From Candidatus Falkowbacteria bacterium (GTDB lineage Bacteria > Patescibacteriota > Patescibacteriia > Patescibacteriales > WJLG01), in assembly GCA_963747695.1 (NCBI GenBank), contig CAVVFV010000010.1, positions 325,618 to 389,617 of the forward strand: DNA of 64,000 nt. Direction: 5' to 3'. Positions 52,737 through 60,397 of the stretch are shown here, piece after piece (position 1 is the stretch's first letter; each line of letters opens with the position of its first letter). The notes beneath the pieces were generated by a model, which was given only the letters and a program-made list of their open reading frames with translations, had not been told where the DNA came from and searched no databases. The position numbers and the translations under genes are program-made.

Positions 52737-54062
52737 ATGAAAGTAATAAAGAATATTTTACCCAAATCACAAATAGAATTTTTGGTTGAATTGACCGCCG
52801 AAGAATTCAAGCCGAGCATTGAAGCGGCCGCCGCGCAGATTTCCGAGGAAGTGAAGATTGATGGCTTCCGGCCGGGCAAAGCGCCTTTGGATATGGTGAA
52901 GAAGAAAGTCGGCGAGATGAGCATCCTGGAAAAGGCGGCCAATATCGCGATCAATAAATCGTTCGGCAAAATTTTGGAGGAAAATGCCAAGGACGATAAG
53001 ATTATCGGTCAGCCGATGGTGGATATAACCAAATTGGCTCCGGAAAATCCGCTGGAATTCAAAATAACTTTGTCGGTTTTGCCGGCAGTTACTTTGGGCG
53101 AGTATAAGAATTTAGGCGTTAAACCGACGAAGGCGCAGCTTGACGATAAGGAAGTGGAAAGAGTGATCGATTATCTGCGCGAGACCCGCGTCAAGGAAGT
53201 AGCAGTAGACCGCGAAGTAAAAAAAGATGATAAAGTCACGGCTAATATCAATATGTTTTTGGATAGCGTGCCGATCGAAGGCGGCCAGACGCAAGCGGCC
53301 ACGCTGATCATCGGCAAAGAATATTTCGTGCCGGGATTTGACGCTAAAATTATCGGCGCCAAAAAAGGAGAAACTAAAGAATTTACTCTCCCCTATCCGA
53401 AGGATTTTCATCAGAAAAATTTGGCGGGCAAGAATGTGGAATTTAAAGTGGAGATCAAAGATATTTTTGAACGGGAAGTTCCGGCGATGGATGATGAGCT
53501 GGCCAAGAATTTCGGCGGCAAGGACTTGGCAGATTTGAAAGTGATGATCGAGAAAGATATCTTGGGCCAGAAAAGTTTTGAAGCGGAGCGTAAGACTGAA
53601 CTGGATATGCTGGAAAAGATTTTGGCCAAGACTAAATTCGACGATCTGCCGGAAATGCTCGTTTCCAACGAAACGGAAAAGATGCTGATTGAATTGGAAG
53701 AGAATGTCTCGCGGCAAGGCGGCAAGATGGAAGATTATTTATCCAGCCTGAAAAAAACCCGCAATCAGTTAGCTTTGGATTTGTTGCCGGAAGCAGTGAA
53801 GCGCGTCAAAACCGCATTGCTGATCCGCGAGATCGGCGAATTGGAAAAAATTCAACCGACCGAAAACGATGTGGAAGAAAAAATCAAACAATTGATGGAG
53901 CAATATAAAGGTTATGCGAAAGTCGAGGAGCGGGTGAAAGATCCGAACTATCGCGCCTATCTCAAAAATTCGCTGGCTTCGCAGCAAGTCGTGGAGAAAT
54001 TGAAGGAATGGAACGTCACTGGCAGAGACGAGATAAGAGATAAGAAAGAAGAAAAAGTTTAG
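52737..54062 (+). CDS. tig: Trigger factor
   Basis: N-terminal ribosome-binding GFRPGKAPLDMVKKK and a central FKBP-like segment. 441 aa. Confidence 0.9.
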   Translation: MKVIKNILPKSQIEFLVELTAEEFKPSIEAAAAQISEEVKIDGFRPGKAPLDMVKKKVGEMSILEKAANIAINKSFGKILEENAKDDKIIGQPMVDITKLAPENPLEFKITLSVLPAVTLGEYKNLGVKPTKAQLDDKEVERVIDYLRETRVKEVAVDREVKKDDKVTANINMFLDSVPIEGGQTQAATLIIGKEYFVPGFDAKIIGAKKGETKEFTLPYPKDFHQKNLAGKNVEFKVEIKDIFEREVPAMDDELAKNFGGKDLADLKVMIEKDILGQKSFEAERKTELDMLEKILAKTKFDDLPEMLVSNETEKMLIELEENVSRQGGKMEDYLSSLKKTRNQLALDLLPEAVKRVKTALLIREIGELEKIQPTENDVEEKIKQLMEQYKGYAKVEERVKDPNYRAYLKNSLASQQVVEKLKEWNVTGRDEIRDKKEEKV

Positions 54063-54121
54063 TGAAAAATTTAATGCCCGTTTTTGCGGGCATTAAAATT
54101 AAATTATAAAACGACGTAGTT

Positions 54122-54583
54122 ATGTCAGTCCTAGCGGTAAACAAAAGAGCGACATTTGATTATGAAGTTCTGGATAAATATGAAGCCGGGCTGGTTTTGT
54201 TCGGCCATGAAGTCAAATCGGTACGCGCCGGCAATGTTAATTTGAAAGCAGCCTATATCACTTTAAGAACTGATCACGCCGGTTTGCCCGAAGCTTATCT
54301 GATCAACGCCCACATCTCTTTATATAAATATGCCAGCACGATTAAAGATTATGATCCGACCCGTTCGCGCAAACTTTTATTGAAGGCTAAAGAAATCAAA
54401 TATTTGTTAGGAAAAACCAAAGAGCAAGGCTTGACTTTAGTGCCATTGCGTATCTATACTAAGAACAGAATTTTGAAATTGGAATTCGGTTTAGCGCGCG
54501 GCAAGAAGAAATTCGACAAGCGCGAAGACCTCAAGAAAAAAGACCTTGACCGCGAATCTCGCGCGATGATGAAGCGATATTAA
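54122..54583 (+). CDS. smpB: SsrA-binding protein SmpB
   Basis: NKRATFDYEVLDKYEAGLVLFGHEVKS. Adjacent to ssrA. Confidence 0.95.
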   Translation: MSVLAVNKRATFDYEVLDKYEAGLVLFGHEVKSVRAGNVNLKAAYITLRTDHAGLPEAYLINAHISLYKYASTIKDYDPTRSRKLLLKAKEIKYLLGKTKEQGLTLVPLRIYTKNRILKLEFGLARGKKKFDKREDLKKKDLDRESRAMMKRY

Positions 54584-54594
54584 AAGATTTAACA

Positions 54595-54696
54595 CACCCC
54601 GTCGCCGCGGCGGCGCCACCTCCGCCTCGGCCCGCCTTGCTGAAGCTTTGGCGAGGCAGGCAAGCCTTGGGCGAGACGGGCCTCTCAAGAGGGGAA
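54595..54696 (-). repeat. E1-related repeat, copy 6 (long, degenerate)
   Basis: Begins caccccgtcgccgcgg and ends cctctcaagagggga. The central part is a longer imperfect palindrome (gcctcggcccgccttgc...gcaagccttgggcgag). Confidence 0.6.
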
Positions 54697-54764
54697 TCTA
54701 AACACCGAACTTTGACAATAAAATAATTTGTAATTTTTAATTCTTAATTTGTAATTGATTGAAA

Positions 54765-55142
54765 GGGGATGCCAGGCTTCGATGACAAGAATTATTGCTA
54801 ATACTCAAGGCGTGTCGGATTTCACGTAAAACGGTCCAAAATCACAATTGCGAACAAAATCGCTCGCGGAGCCGCCTTCACTTGGAAGGTTCCGGCTTTC
54901 GCGCCTGTTGCCGCTTAATACCGGCAGCCATTTCGCCTTCTGACTCCTCTGGGGAGGTGGGAGTGTCATTTTAGAGGATCAGGTTGCCAGTGTCGGCTCT
55001 TAGACTGGCAACCGAAACTAAATAGGGCTCGCCATTATTTTTTCGCCTTGCTTTTAGGTAATGGTCAAACTCAAGCTGGGCTAAACTTGTAGTAGTATTA
55101 TCAATAACTTGCCAGACGCGGGTTCAATTCCCGCCATCTCCA
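54765..55142 (+). ncRNA. ssrA: tmRNA (SsrA)
   Basis: 5' GGGGATG pairs with 3' CATCTCC. T arm GCGGG-TTCAATT-CCCGC. Tag reading frame 54850-54918 (GCG AAC ... GCC GCT TAA) gives ANKIARGAAFTWKVPAFAPVAA. Adjacent to smpB. Confidence 0.9.
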
Positions 55143-55143
55143 C

Positions 55144-55193
55144 AAGGTATTTTTTTGTATTTTTTTTGCTAAAAAAATACAAAAAAATACCTT
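55144..55193. terminator. 50-nt perfect palindrome, bidirectional terminator after ssrA
   Basis: aaggtatttttttgtatttttttt-gc-taaaaaaatacaaaaaaatacctt. Confidence 0.75.
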
Positions 55194-55200
55194 GCTGAAT

Positions 55201-55365
55201 GGTGCGGGAATTGAACTGGTCAGGAGCGAGGCAATGGCCGCGAGGGAACGAGCGGCCGGCAGCCGAGCGTCCGCCAAGCATTCGGGGAATGCTTGGCGCT
55301 GACCCTGGACGAGGGAACGAGCCGCTTTCCGGCGGCGAGTGACCGAGCAACGGTACCCAGACATG
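55201..55365 (-). repeat. GC-rich T-loop-ended unit U3
   Basis: Minus-sense catgtctggg...gtccagggtcagcgcc[hairpin]...ctcgctcctgaccagttcaattcccgcacc. Paralogous to U2 and U4. Confidence 0.7.
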
Positions 55366-55400
55366 TTTTTTTAAAAAGTTTTACCATTTTATTTGCAGAT

Positions 55401-55571
55401 TGCCGCGGCGGGAATTGAACTGGTAGCGAGCGAGATATGAGGTGAGGCGGAAGCCGAGTCGAATAATCGAGCGACGCCGGACGCGACCCAAGGGAGCGTT
55501 TGGCGGCAACTCTGGACGAAGGAGCGAGGCGGAATTCCGCCGCCGAGCGACTGAGACGGCAGTTCAGATGG
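55401..55571 (-). repeat. GC-rich T-loop-ended unit U4
   Basis: Minus-sense ccatctgaac...gtccagagttgccgcc...ctcgctcgctaccagttcaattcccgccgcggca. Confidence 0.7.
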
Positions 55572-55629
55572 ATAGTTTTATACTTTTAGTTTTTTAGTGT
55601 AAAATGTATACATTATTAAATGTTAAGTT

Positions 55630-55713
55630 GGTCCAGTGGCGGAACTGGTATACGCGCAGCACTTAAAATGCTGTGTCCGCGAGGGCATGTGGGTTCGAGT
55701 CCCACCTGGACCA
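55630..55713 (+). tRNA. tRNA-Leu (anticodon TAA)
   Basis: GGTCCAG/CTGGACC acceptor, CAGCA-CTTAAAA-TGCTG anticodon arm, variable arm TGTCCGCGAGGGCAT, GTGGG-TTCGAGT-CCCAC T arm. 84 nt. Confidence 0.9.
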
Positions 55714-55751
55714 CAGGTAATTTTTTGCGAAGTTTTTTAAACCTTTGCAAT

Positions 55752-55817
55752 AAGGGTTCGCCCGGTCATCCGACCGGGCGCCCGGGGTTCATCCCCGGGC
55801 GAGTCCCTCCCGGACCA
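55752..55817 (+). repeat. Diverged copy of the tRNA-Leu 3' end with double-hairpin element copy C inside the T-loop
   Basis: aagggttcg[cccggtcatccgaccggg cg cccggggttcatccccggg]cgagtccctcccggacca, compared with the genuine 3' end gtgggttcgagtcccacctggacca 40-100 nt upstream. Confidence 0.75.
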
Positions 55818-55905
55818 CATAAATAAATTAAAAATTAAAAATTAAGAATTAAAAATGACAGCTTGATTTTTTTTGAGATCGCTGATATTATTGTATTTGT
55901 AATTT

Positions 55906-57264
55906 TTAACTTTTCATTTTTAATTGAATTTTGCGGGTATCGTATACCGGTATTATGCCACCTTGCCATGGTGGAGAAACGGGTCCAATTCCCGTTACCC
56001 GCTCACTAATCATACAAGCCTCTTTTTTAGGAATTTTTTTTAACGCGAAGCGCAGCTCCACGTAAGGTTTAATGGGCACAAATTTAAGTTTTCCGGTTTT
56101 TAAAAACAAGTTCGAGCCGCAAATTTTACGCAACGAAGATTTTTTGGAGGATAAGTCGCCAGTTTTCACTGTTTCATCCAATAAAACTGCATCTTTTATC
56201 CAATTTTGGAGAGGTTCGAGCCAAGCGACAACCCCCTTGTTTAAGCTGGCCATTTTTTCCTCTAAATCCCTCTTCTGTAAGACAAGCTTTCTCTTTTCTG
56301 CCCGATAAACCTCGCGGTCGATATCTTGCTCCAAAAGGGCATCAAGAAGGACACGGAGCTTGTTGGAAATGGCCGCTATCTCCGCTTTGATCGCTTGGCT
56401 CTCCGTGCCTGACGATTGGAGTGCCTCTTTTTCATCCTTTTCCGCCATCTTCAATAATTCTGTGGCGCAATCGGCAGGCAAAATGAACTCTTTTAGGATA
56501 TCCGGCAATTGGCCGGTTAAATCATCTTCTTTGACGCAGGGTTGGGAACAGGTCCCTCTTTTTTTTGTACAACGGTAATAAGCGTAGCGATGAACATTAC
56601 CGTTCTTTTGATGCTTAATTTTAACTTCTCCGGTTATGGCGCAACCGCACTCATCGCACCGGATAAGCCCGCAAAAAACTTTTGGCTCACCCTTTGGATT
56701 TTTAGGCGGTTTGCCACGCTCATTTAATACTTTTTGAACTTTATCAAAAAGCTGTTTGGATATAATCGGCGTATGTTTGCCTTCGTGAAGCTCTCCGTCA
56801 TAGCGAAACAAGCCGAAATAGAAAGTGTTGGTTAAAATATACGTCACGCGGTCGCGCGATATGGTTTTGCCAGATCTGGTATGGATGCCGCGCTCGGCCA
56901 AAAATTTCGCTACGTCCTCAAGGCGGGTGTCGCCATTGGCGTAATACTCAAACGCTTCGCGAACGGCTTTCGCGATTTTTTTGTCGACGACAATCGTCTT
57001 GTATCTCCGGTCGTTGAAATAGCCGACGGGCGCGCGCGAAGGATATTCGCCGTTTTTAACTTTTTCATTAAGGCCGCGCCTGGTGTTTGTGCTTAGGTCG
57101 ATAATAAACTGGTTGGCCATGCCAAACTCGACGCTCATCAGCAGAATATTGTCCGTCGAGCGATAACTGCGGTCGTGGGTTTGGATGTGCTGGATTATCC
57201 CCCGCTGGAGAAACCAGCTAATTTGCCCGCCGTCGACGGGTATAATGGTCCAGGAATCCTGCAC
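55906..57264 (-). pseudogene. Large serine recombinase, 5'-truncated by the IS element
   Basis: Recombinase domain (PVGYFND...ILTNTFYFGLFRY), zinc ribbon (CGLIRCDECGCAI...YYRCTKK) and coiled-coil are present. The N-terminal catalytic-Ser region is missing, and the reading frame abuts the IS left end. Confidence 0.75.
55933..56003 (+). tRNA. tRNA-Gly (anticodon GCC)-like, non-canonical T-loop
   Basis: GCGGGTA/TACCCGC acceptor, CCACC-TTGCCAT-GGTGG anticodon arm, ACGGG-TCCAATT-CCCGT T arm (C where U55 is expected), weak 3-bp D stem. It lies antisense inside the 3' end of the recombinase ORF. Confidence 0.6.
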
Positions 57265-57314
57265 ACATTTTGACCCATTAAAAAGTTGGATTCGGGGTGG
57301 TATAATAACCCCAT

Positions 57315-57653
57315 ATGAGTAAACAAAACAAAGTATCCAAAGAAGAGAAAGCTAAGATCGTTCTAACCGTCCTGCGGGGCGAAAAGACTGTCAGCGAGAT
57401 TGCGGCGCAATACAGTGTTCATCCCAACCTGATAACCCGCTGGAAACAGACAGCCACCGAAAGCATGGCCGAGCTGTTTGAAGACAAGCGCAATAAGATT
57501 GAAAAAGACAAGTTTCAAGAGCAAGAACAACTGGTAGACAGGCTGTATAAATTGGTTGGCCAGCGAGACATTGAGCTCGACTGGCTCAAAAAAAAATTAT
57601 CAATCTTTGACGATGATCGACCGGCTAAAATTGGTCGACCGAGAAAATCCTGA
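57315..57653 (+). CDS. IS3-family transposase OrfA (HTH)
   Basis: KEEKAKIVLTVLRGEKTVSEIAAQYSVHPNLITRWKQ followed by a leucine-zipper-like region. Confidence 0.85.
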   Translation: MSKQNKVSKEEKAKIVLTVLRGEKTVSEIAAQYSVHPNLITRWKQTATESMAELFEDKRNKIEKDKFQEQEQLVDRLYKLVGQRDIELDWLKKKLSIFDDDRPAKIGRPRKS

Positions 57654-58521
57654 TATCACTCTGACCCGCCAGACTGAATTGCTGGACATCTCCCGCTCCC
57701 GCCTGTATTACCAGACCGAAGTCAGCGAGAGGGATCTGCTCATTATGAATCTGATTGATGAAATATATACGGAAAATCCAAGCTACGGCAAGAGGACGAT
57801 AGCGGCCATTATCAGGCGCGACCATAAAATTCCGGTTGGTAAAAAACATGTCCGGACGCTAATGATCAAGATGGGTATTACGGCGATATATCCGAAGAAA
57901 AAGAGGGATTTGAGCCAGCCGGACAAACAGCATAAAATTTATCCGTATCTGCTCCGCGGACTATCAATCACCAGGTCGAATCAGGTTTGGAGCACGGATA
58001 TCACCTACATCAGATTAGAACACGGCTTCTGCTATTTAACGGCTATCATCGATTGGCATTCGCGCTATGTCATTGCCTGGGAATTGTCTAACACATTAGA
58101 TATCGATTTTTGCTTGCGAGTTCAAGAGCGAGCCTATGCCTTGGCAATCCCTGAGATTTTCAACTCTGATCAGGGCAGCCATTTTACCAGTCCGAAATTC
58201 ACCGCCGCCAGTCTGGAAAAAGGCGTCAAAATCAGCATGGACGGCAAAGGCCGCTGTTTGGACAATATCTTCATTGAGCGATTGTGGCGGACAGTTAAAC
58301 AGCAGGATGTTTACATCAAGCACTACGAATCGGTGGCTGAATGCCGAGCCGGCTTAACGAAATTTTTTGACAGCTACAACAATTACCGTCCGCATCAGTC
58401 GCTCAACTACCTTACTCCCGCCGAAGCCTATTTCGGCCAAAACAAAAAAACTGCCTTTACAGAGCAGCTTAATATACCAAGCTTTAATTTAAATGCCGTC
58501 CTGACCAACCCAACTATTTAA
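57556..58521 (+). CDS. IS3-family transposase OrfB (DDE integrase core)
   Basis: WSTDITYI (D), NSDQGSHFTS (D), IERLWRTVKQQ (E). Presumably expressed as an OrfAB fusion across the A9 run at 57588-57596. Confidence 0.85.
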   Translation: MASETLSSTGSKKNYQSLTMIDRLKLVDRENPDITLTRQTELLDISRSRLYYQTEVSERDLLIMNLIDEIYTENPSYGKRTIAAIIRRDHKIPVGKKHVRTLMIKMGITAIYPKKKRDLSQPDKQHKIYPYLLRGLSITRSNQVWSTDITYIRLEHGFCYLTAIIDWHSRYVIAWELSNTLDIDFCLRVQERAYALAIPEIFNSDQGSHFTSPKFTAASLEKGVKISMDGKGRCLDNIFIERLWRTVKQQDVYIKHYESVAECRAGLTKFFDSYNNYRPHQSLNYLTPAEAYFGQNKKTAFTEQLNIPSFNLNAVLTNPTI

Positions 58522-58542
58522 TCTCAAAATATTGTGTTGACA

Positions 58543-58794
58543 AACTGGACCACTATAGTTACCCATGTAGATGGATCGGCAAGGGTACAAACTGTAAATA
58601 AGATGCAGAATCCCAGGTTGTACAGCCTCATTAGTGAATTCGAAAAAATCACTGGAATTCCAATTATTCTTAATACCTCTTTTAATGTAAATGGCGAGCC
58701 CATTGTTGAATCTCCGGAAGATGCTATAAAATGTTTTATGGGAACGAATATTGATGTGCTGGTGATTGGAAATTATATTATAAACAAGAAATAA
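58543..58794 (+). pseudogene. C-terminal remnant of a NodU/CmcH-type carbamoyltransferase
   Basis: THVDGSARVQTV...NTSFNVNGEPIVESPEDAIKCF matches only the last ~85 residues of that family. It starts at the IS right end. Confidence 0.7.
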
Positions 58795-58840
58795 TTTTGC
58801 AGACAAAATTTTTTTAAAAGATTTGTAAAAATAAAACAAT

Positions 58841-60334
58841 ATGAAGCAGTCTAAAAGGAGTGCAATTAGTCAAAAATTGATAAGGTTTACCGAAGGGGCA
58901 TTTTTTGAGTATGTTTTGCCAAGAATAGAAGAAAAATACCCAGCCACTATTGGAAAATTTTTTGTTATCTTAACTTCATCTGTCGCTTATGGTATTGCGG
59001 ATAAGTATTCCGATTTAGATATTTTTATTATTTTTCCAGAGCATAAGGATTATTTAAAATATCATAGAAAAATGCAGAGCCTGATTGACTCAATAGAATA
59101 TCCGGCCAATTATTATGATATTTGTGATAAGGGGATTAGATTTGAATTTGAAAGTTTTCTTAAGTCAGACATACTCAATATTGTAAAAAATCAGTCAGAC
59201 AATAATTGGCTGAACCAAACAGAGTGGTTGCTATGCTGGTTCATCAACTCAGTGGCTATTTATGATCCTATAGAAGTCTTCGCAAACACTAAAAAGAAAT
59301 TACTATTTTTTCCTAAAAAAATAGTTGAAATTAAAGCAAATAATAGTTTAATTTCTTTATTAAAATATAGGCAAATCCTGTCATTAACTAAAGATAAATA
59401 CGTATTCGATGTTTATTACTTTAAGTCATTGAAGAAAATCATGGATTTAATATTTTGGAGTGAGGAAATGTTTGTCCCTCATCCAAAGTGGTCTTTCTAT
59501 TTGTCTAGATATGTAAGCAGTCTTGGTAGGCAATTTTATAAAAGTGCGTCCGTGGTGCTGGATAATAATGAAAAAAACAAGGTTTTGTTTATTGAAAAAT
59601 GGATAAATATCATAGTTAGTAGATGTGGTAAAAAGCTTTGTATGGATGAAAGATTGATAAAATATATTGCTAACGAATATAGGTATGATGTAAGGAAAAA
59701 ATATCCAACCGATAGGAATTTTTATTTTAAAAATTATTTAGAGCCAATAAAAAAAATAGATCTAGTATTTGCGTATCTTGATAAAGAAAGACTGGATAAA
59801 CAATATTATTTGATTGAAGAAATCGGATTGAATTATAAAGGGAGGATGAATTATGATAAATTATTGCGTAGGCAAGATAAATATCTATTGCATCATAATG
59901 ACGACTATCTCTTGGTCGGTGATGATATATTTAAAAAAGTGATTTTGTATTTAGTGTTTATAATATGGAGAAAAATAAGAGTTGCTACGAAAGCGCCCCT
60001 GCGAAAGAATTTTTTTAATCAGCAGTGGTATAATTTACAGGTTCTTGAGCATTTCATTGAATTTATAGCTAGGTTAGAAAAAAGAGCTTTTGTGCATGAA
60101 AATAAGCAGCTGGATTTTTTGAGGTCAGACAGAAAATTTAAAAAGGTTGCAGATTTGCTGCTAAGAACTCTTGAATTATCTCAGGACGAGAAAATTAAAA
60201 TTTATTGGGAGTGCTATAATAATCTGACGAAATATATTTTGGAAAATAACATACTAACTGAATTTCAGGTTAAAAATCCATTAGTTATTCAGTTTGATAT
60301 TGAATATTGGAAATATGAGAATTTGAGACTTTAA
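58841..60334 (+). CDS. Nucleotidyltransferase-fold (Pol-beta superfamily) protein, function unknown
   Basis: ILTSSVAYGIADKYSDLDIFIIF resembles the GS-x(n)-D-x-D minimal NTase motif. 497 aa, very AT-rich. Confidence 0.55.
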   Translation: MKQSKRSAISQKLIRFTEGAFFEYVLPRIEEKYPATIGKFFVILTSSVAYGIADKYSDLDIFIIFPEHKDYLKYHRKMQSLIDSIEYPANYYDICDKGIRFEFESFLKSDILNIVKNQSDNNWLNQTEWLLCWFINSVAIYDPIEVFANTKKKLLFFPKKIVEIKANNSLISLLKYRQILSLTKDKYVFDVYYFKSLKKIMDLIFWSEEMFVPHPKWSFYLSRYVSSLGRQFYKSASVVLDNNEKNKVLFIEKWINIIVSRCGKKLCMDERLIKYIANEYRYDVRKKYPTDRNFYFKNYLEPIKKIDLVFAYLDKERLDKQYYLIEEIGLNYKGRMNYDKLLRRQDKYLLHHNDDYLLVGDDIFKKVILYLVFIIWRKIRVATKAPLRKNFFNQQWYNLQVLEHFIEFIARLEKRAFVHENKQLDFLRSDRKFKKVADLLLRTLELSQDEKIKIYWECYNNLTKYILENNILTEFQVKNPLVIQFDIEYWKYENLRL

Positions 60335-60362
60335 TTTGGGGCAAACGATCAATTATTGAAAA

Positions 60363-60392
60363 AGGCCATTACGAGAGATCTCGTAATGGCCT
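60363..60392. terminator. Bidirectional terminator
   Basis: aggccattacgaga-gatc-tcgtaatggcct between the convergent NTase-like gene and serS. Confidence 0.75.
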
Positions 60393-60397
60393 TTCAG

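Larger units (their letters stand above)
57260..58542 (+). mobile_element. IS3-family insertion sequence (about 1.28 kb; ends approximate)
   Basis: Imperfect terminal inverted repeats: tgcacacattttgacccattaaaaagttgg (left) against the reverse complement of ccaactatttaatctcaaaatattgtgttgaca (right). Two overlapping transposase ORFs. tggtataat promoter at about 57297. Confidence 0.8.

Noticed and set aside
55081-55364. 89-aa and 87-aa minus-strand ORFs
   Set aside because: They overlap the tmRNA 3' end, its palindromic terminator and unit U3. They are not credible CDS.
57588-57596. Standard -1 programmed ribosomal frameshift for the IS3 OrfAB fusion
   Set aside because: Frame arithmetic shows orfB is +1 relative to orfA. 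The -1 frame terminates at a TGA within a few codons after the A-run.
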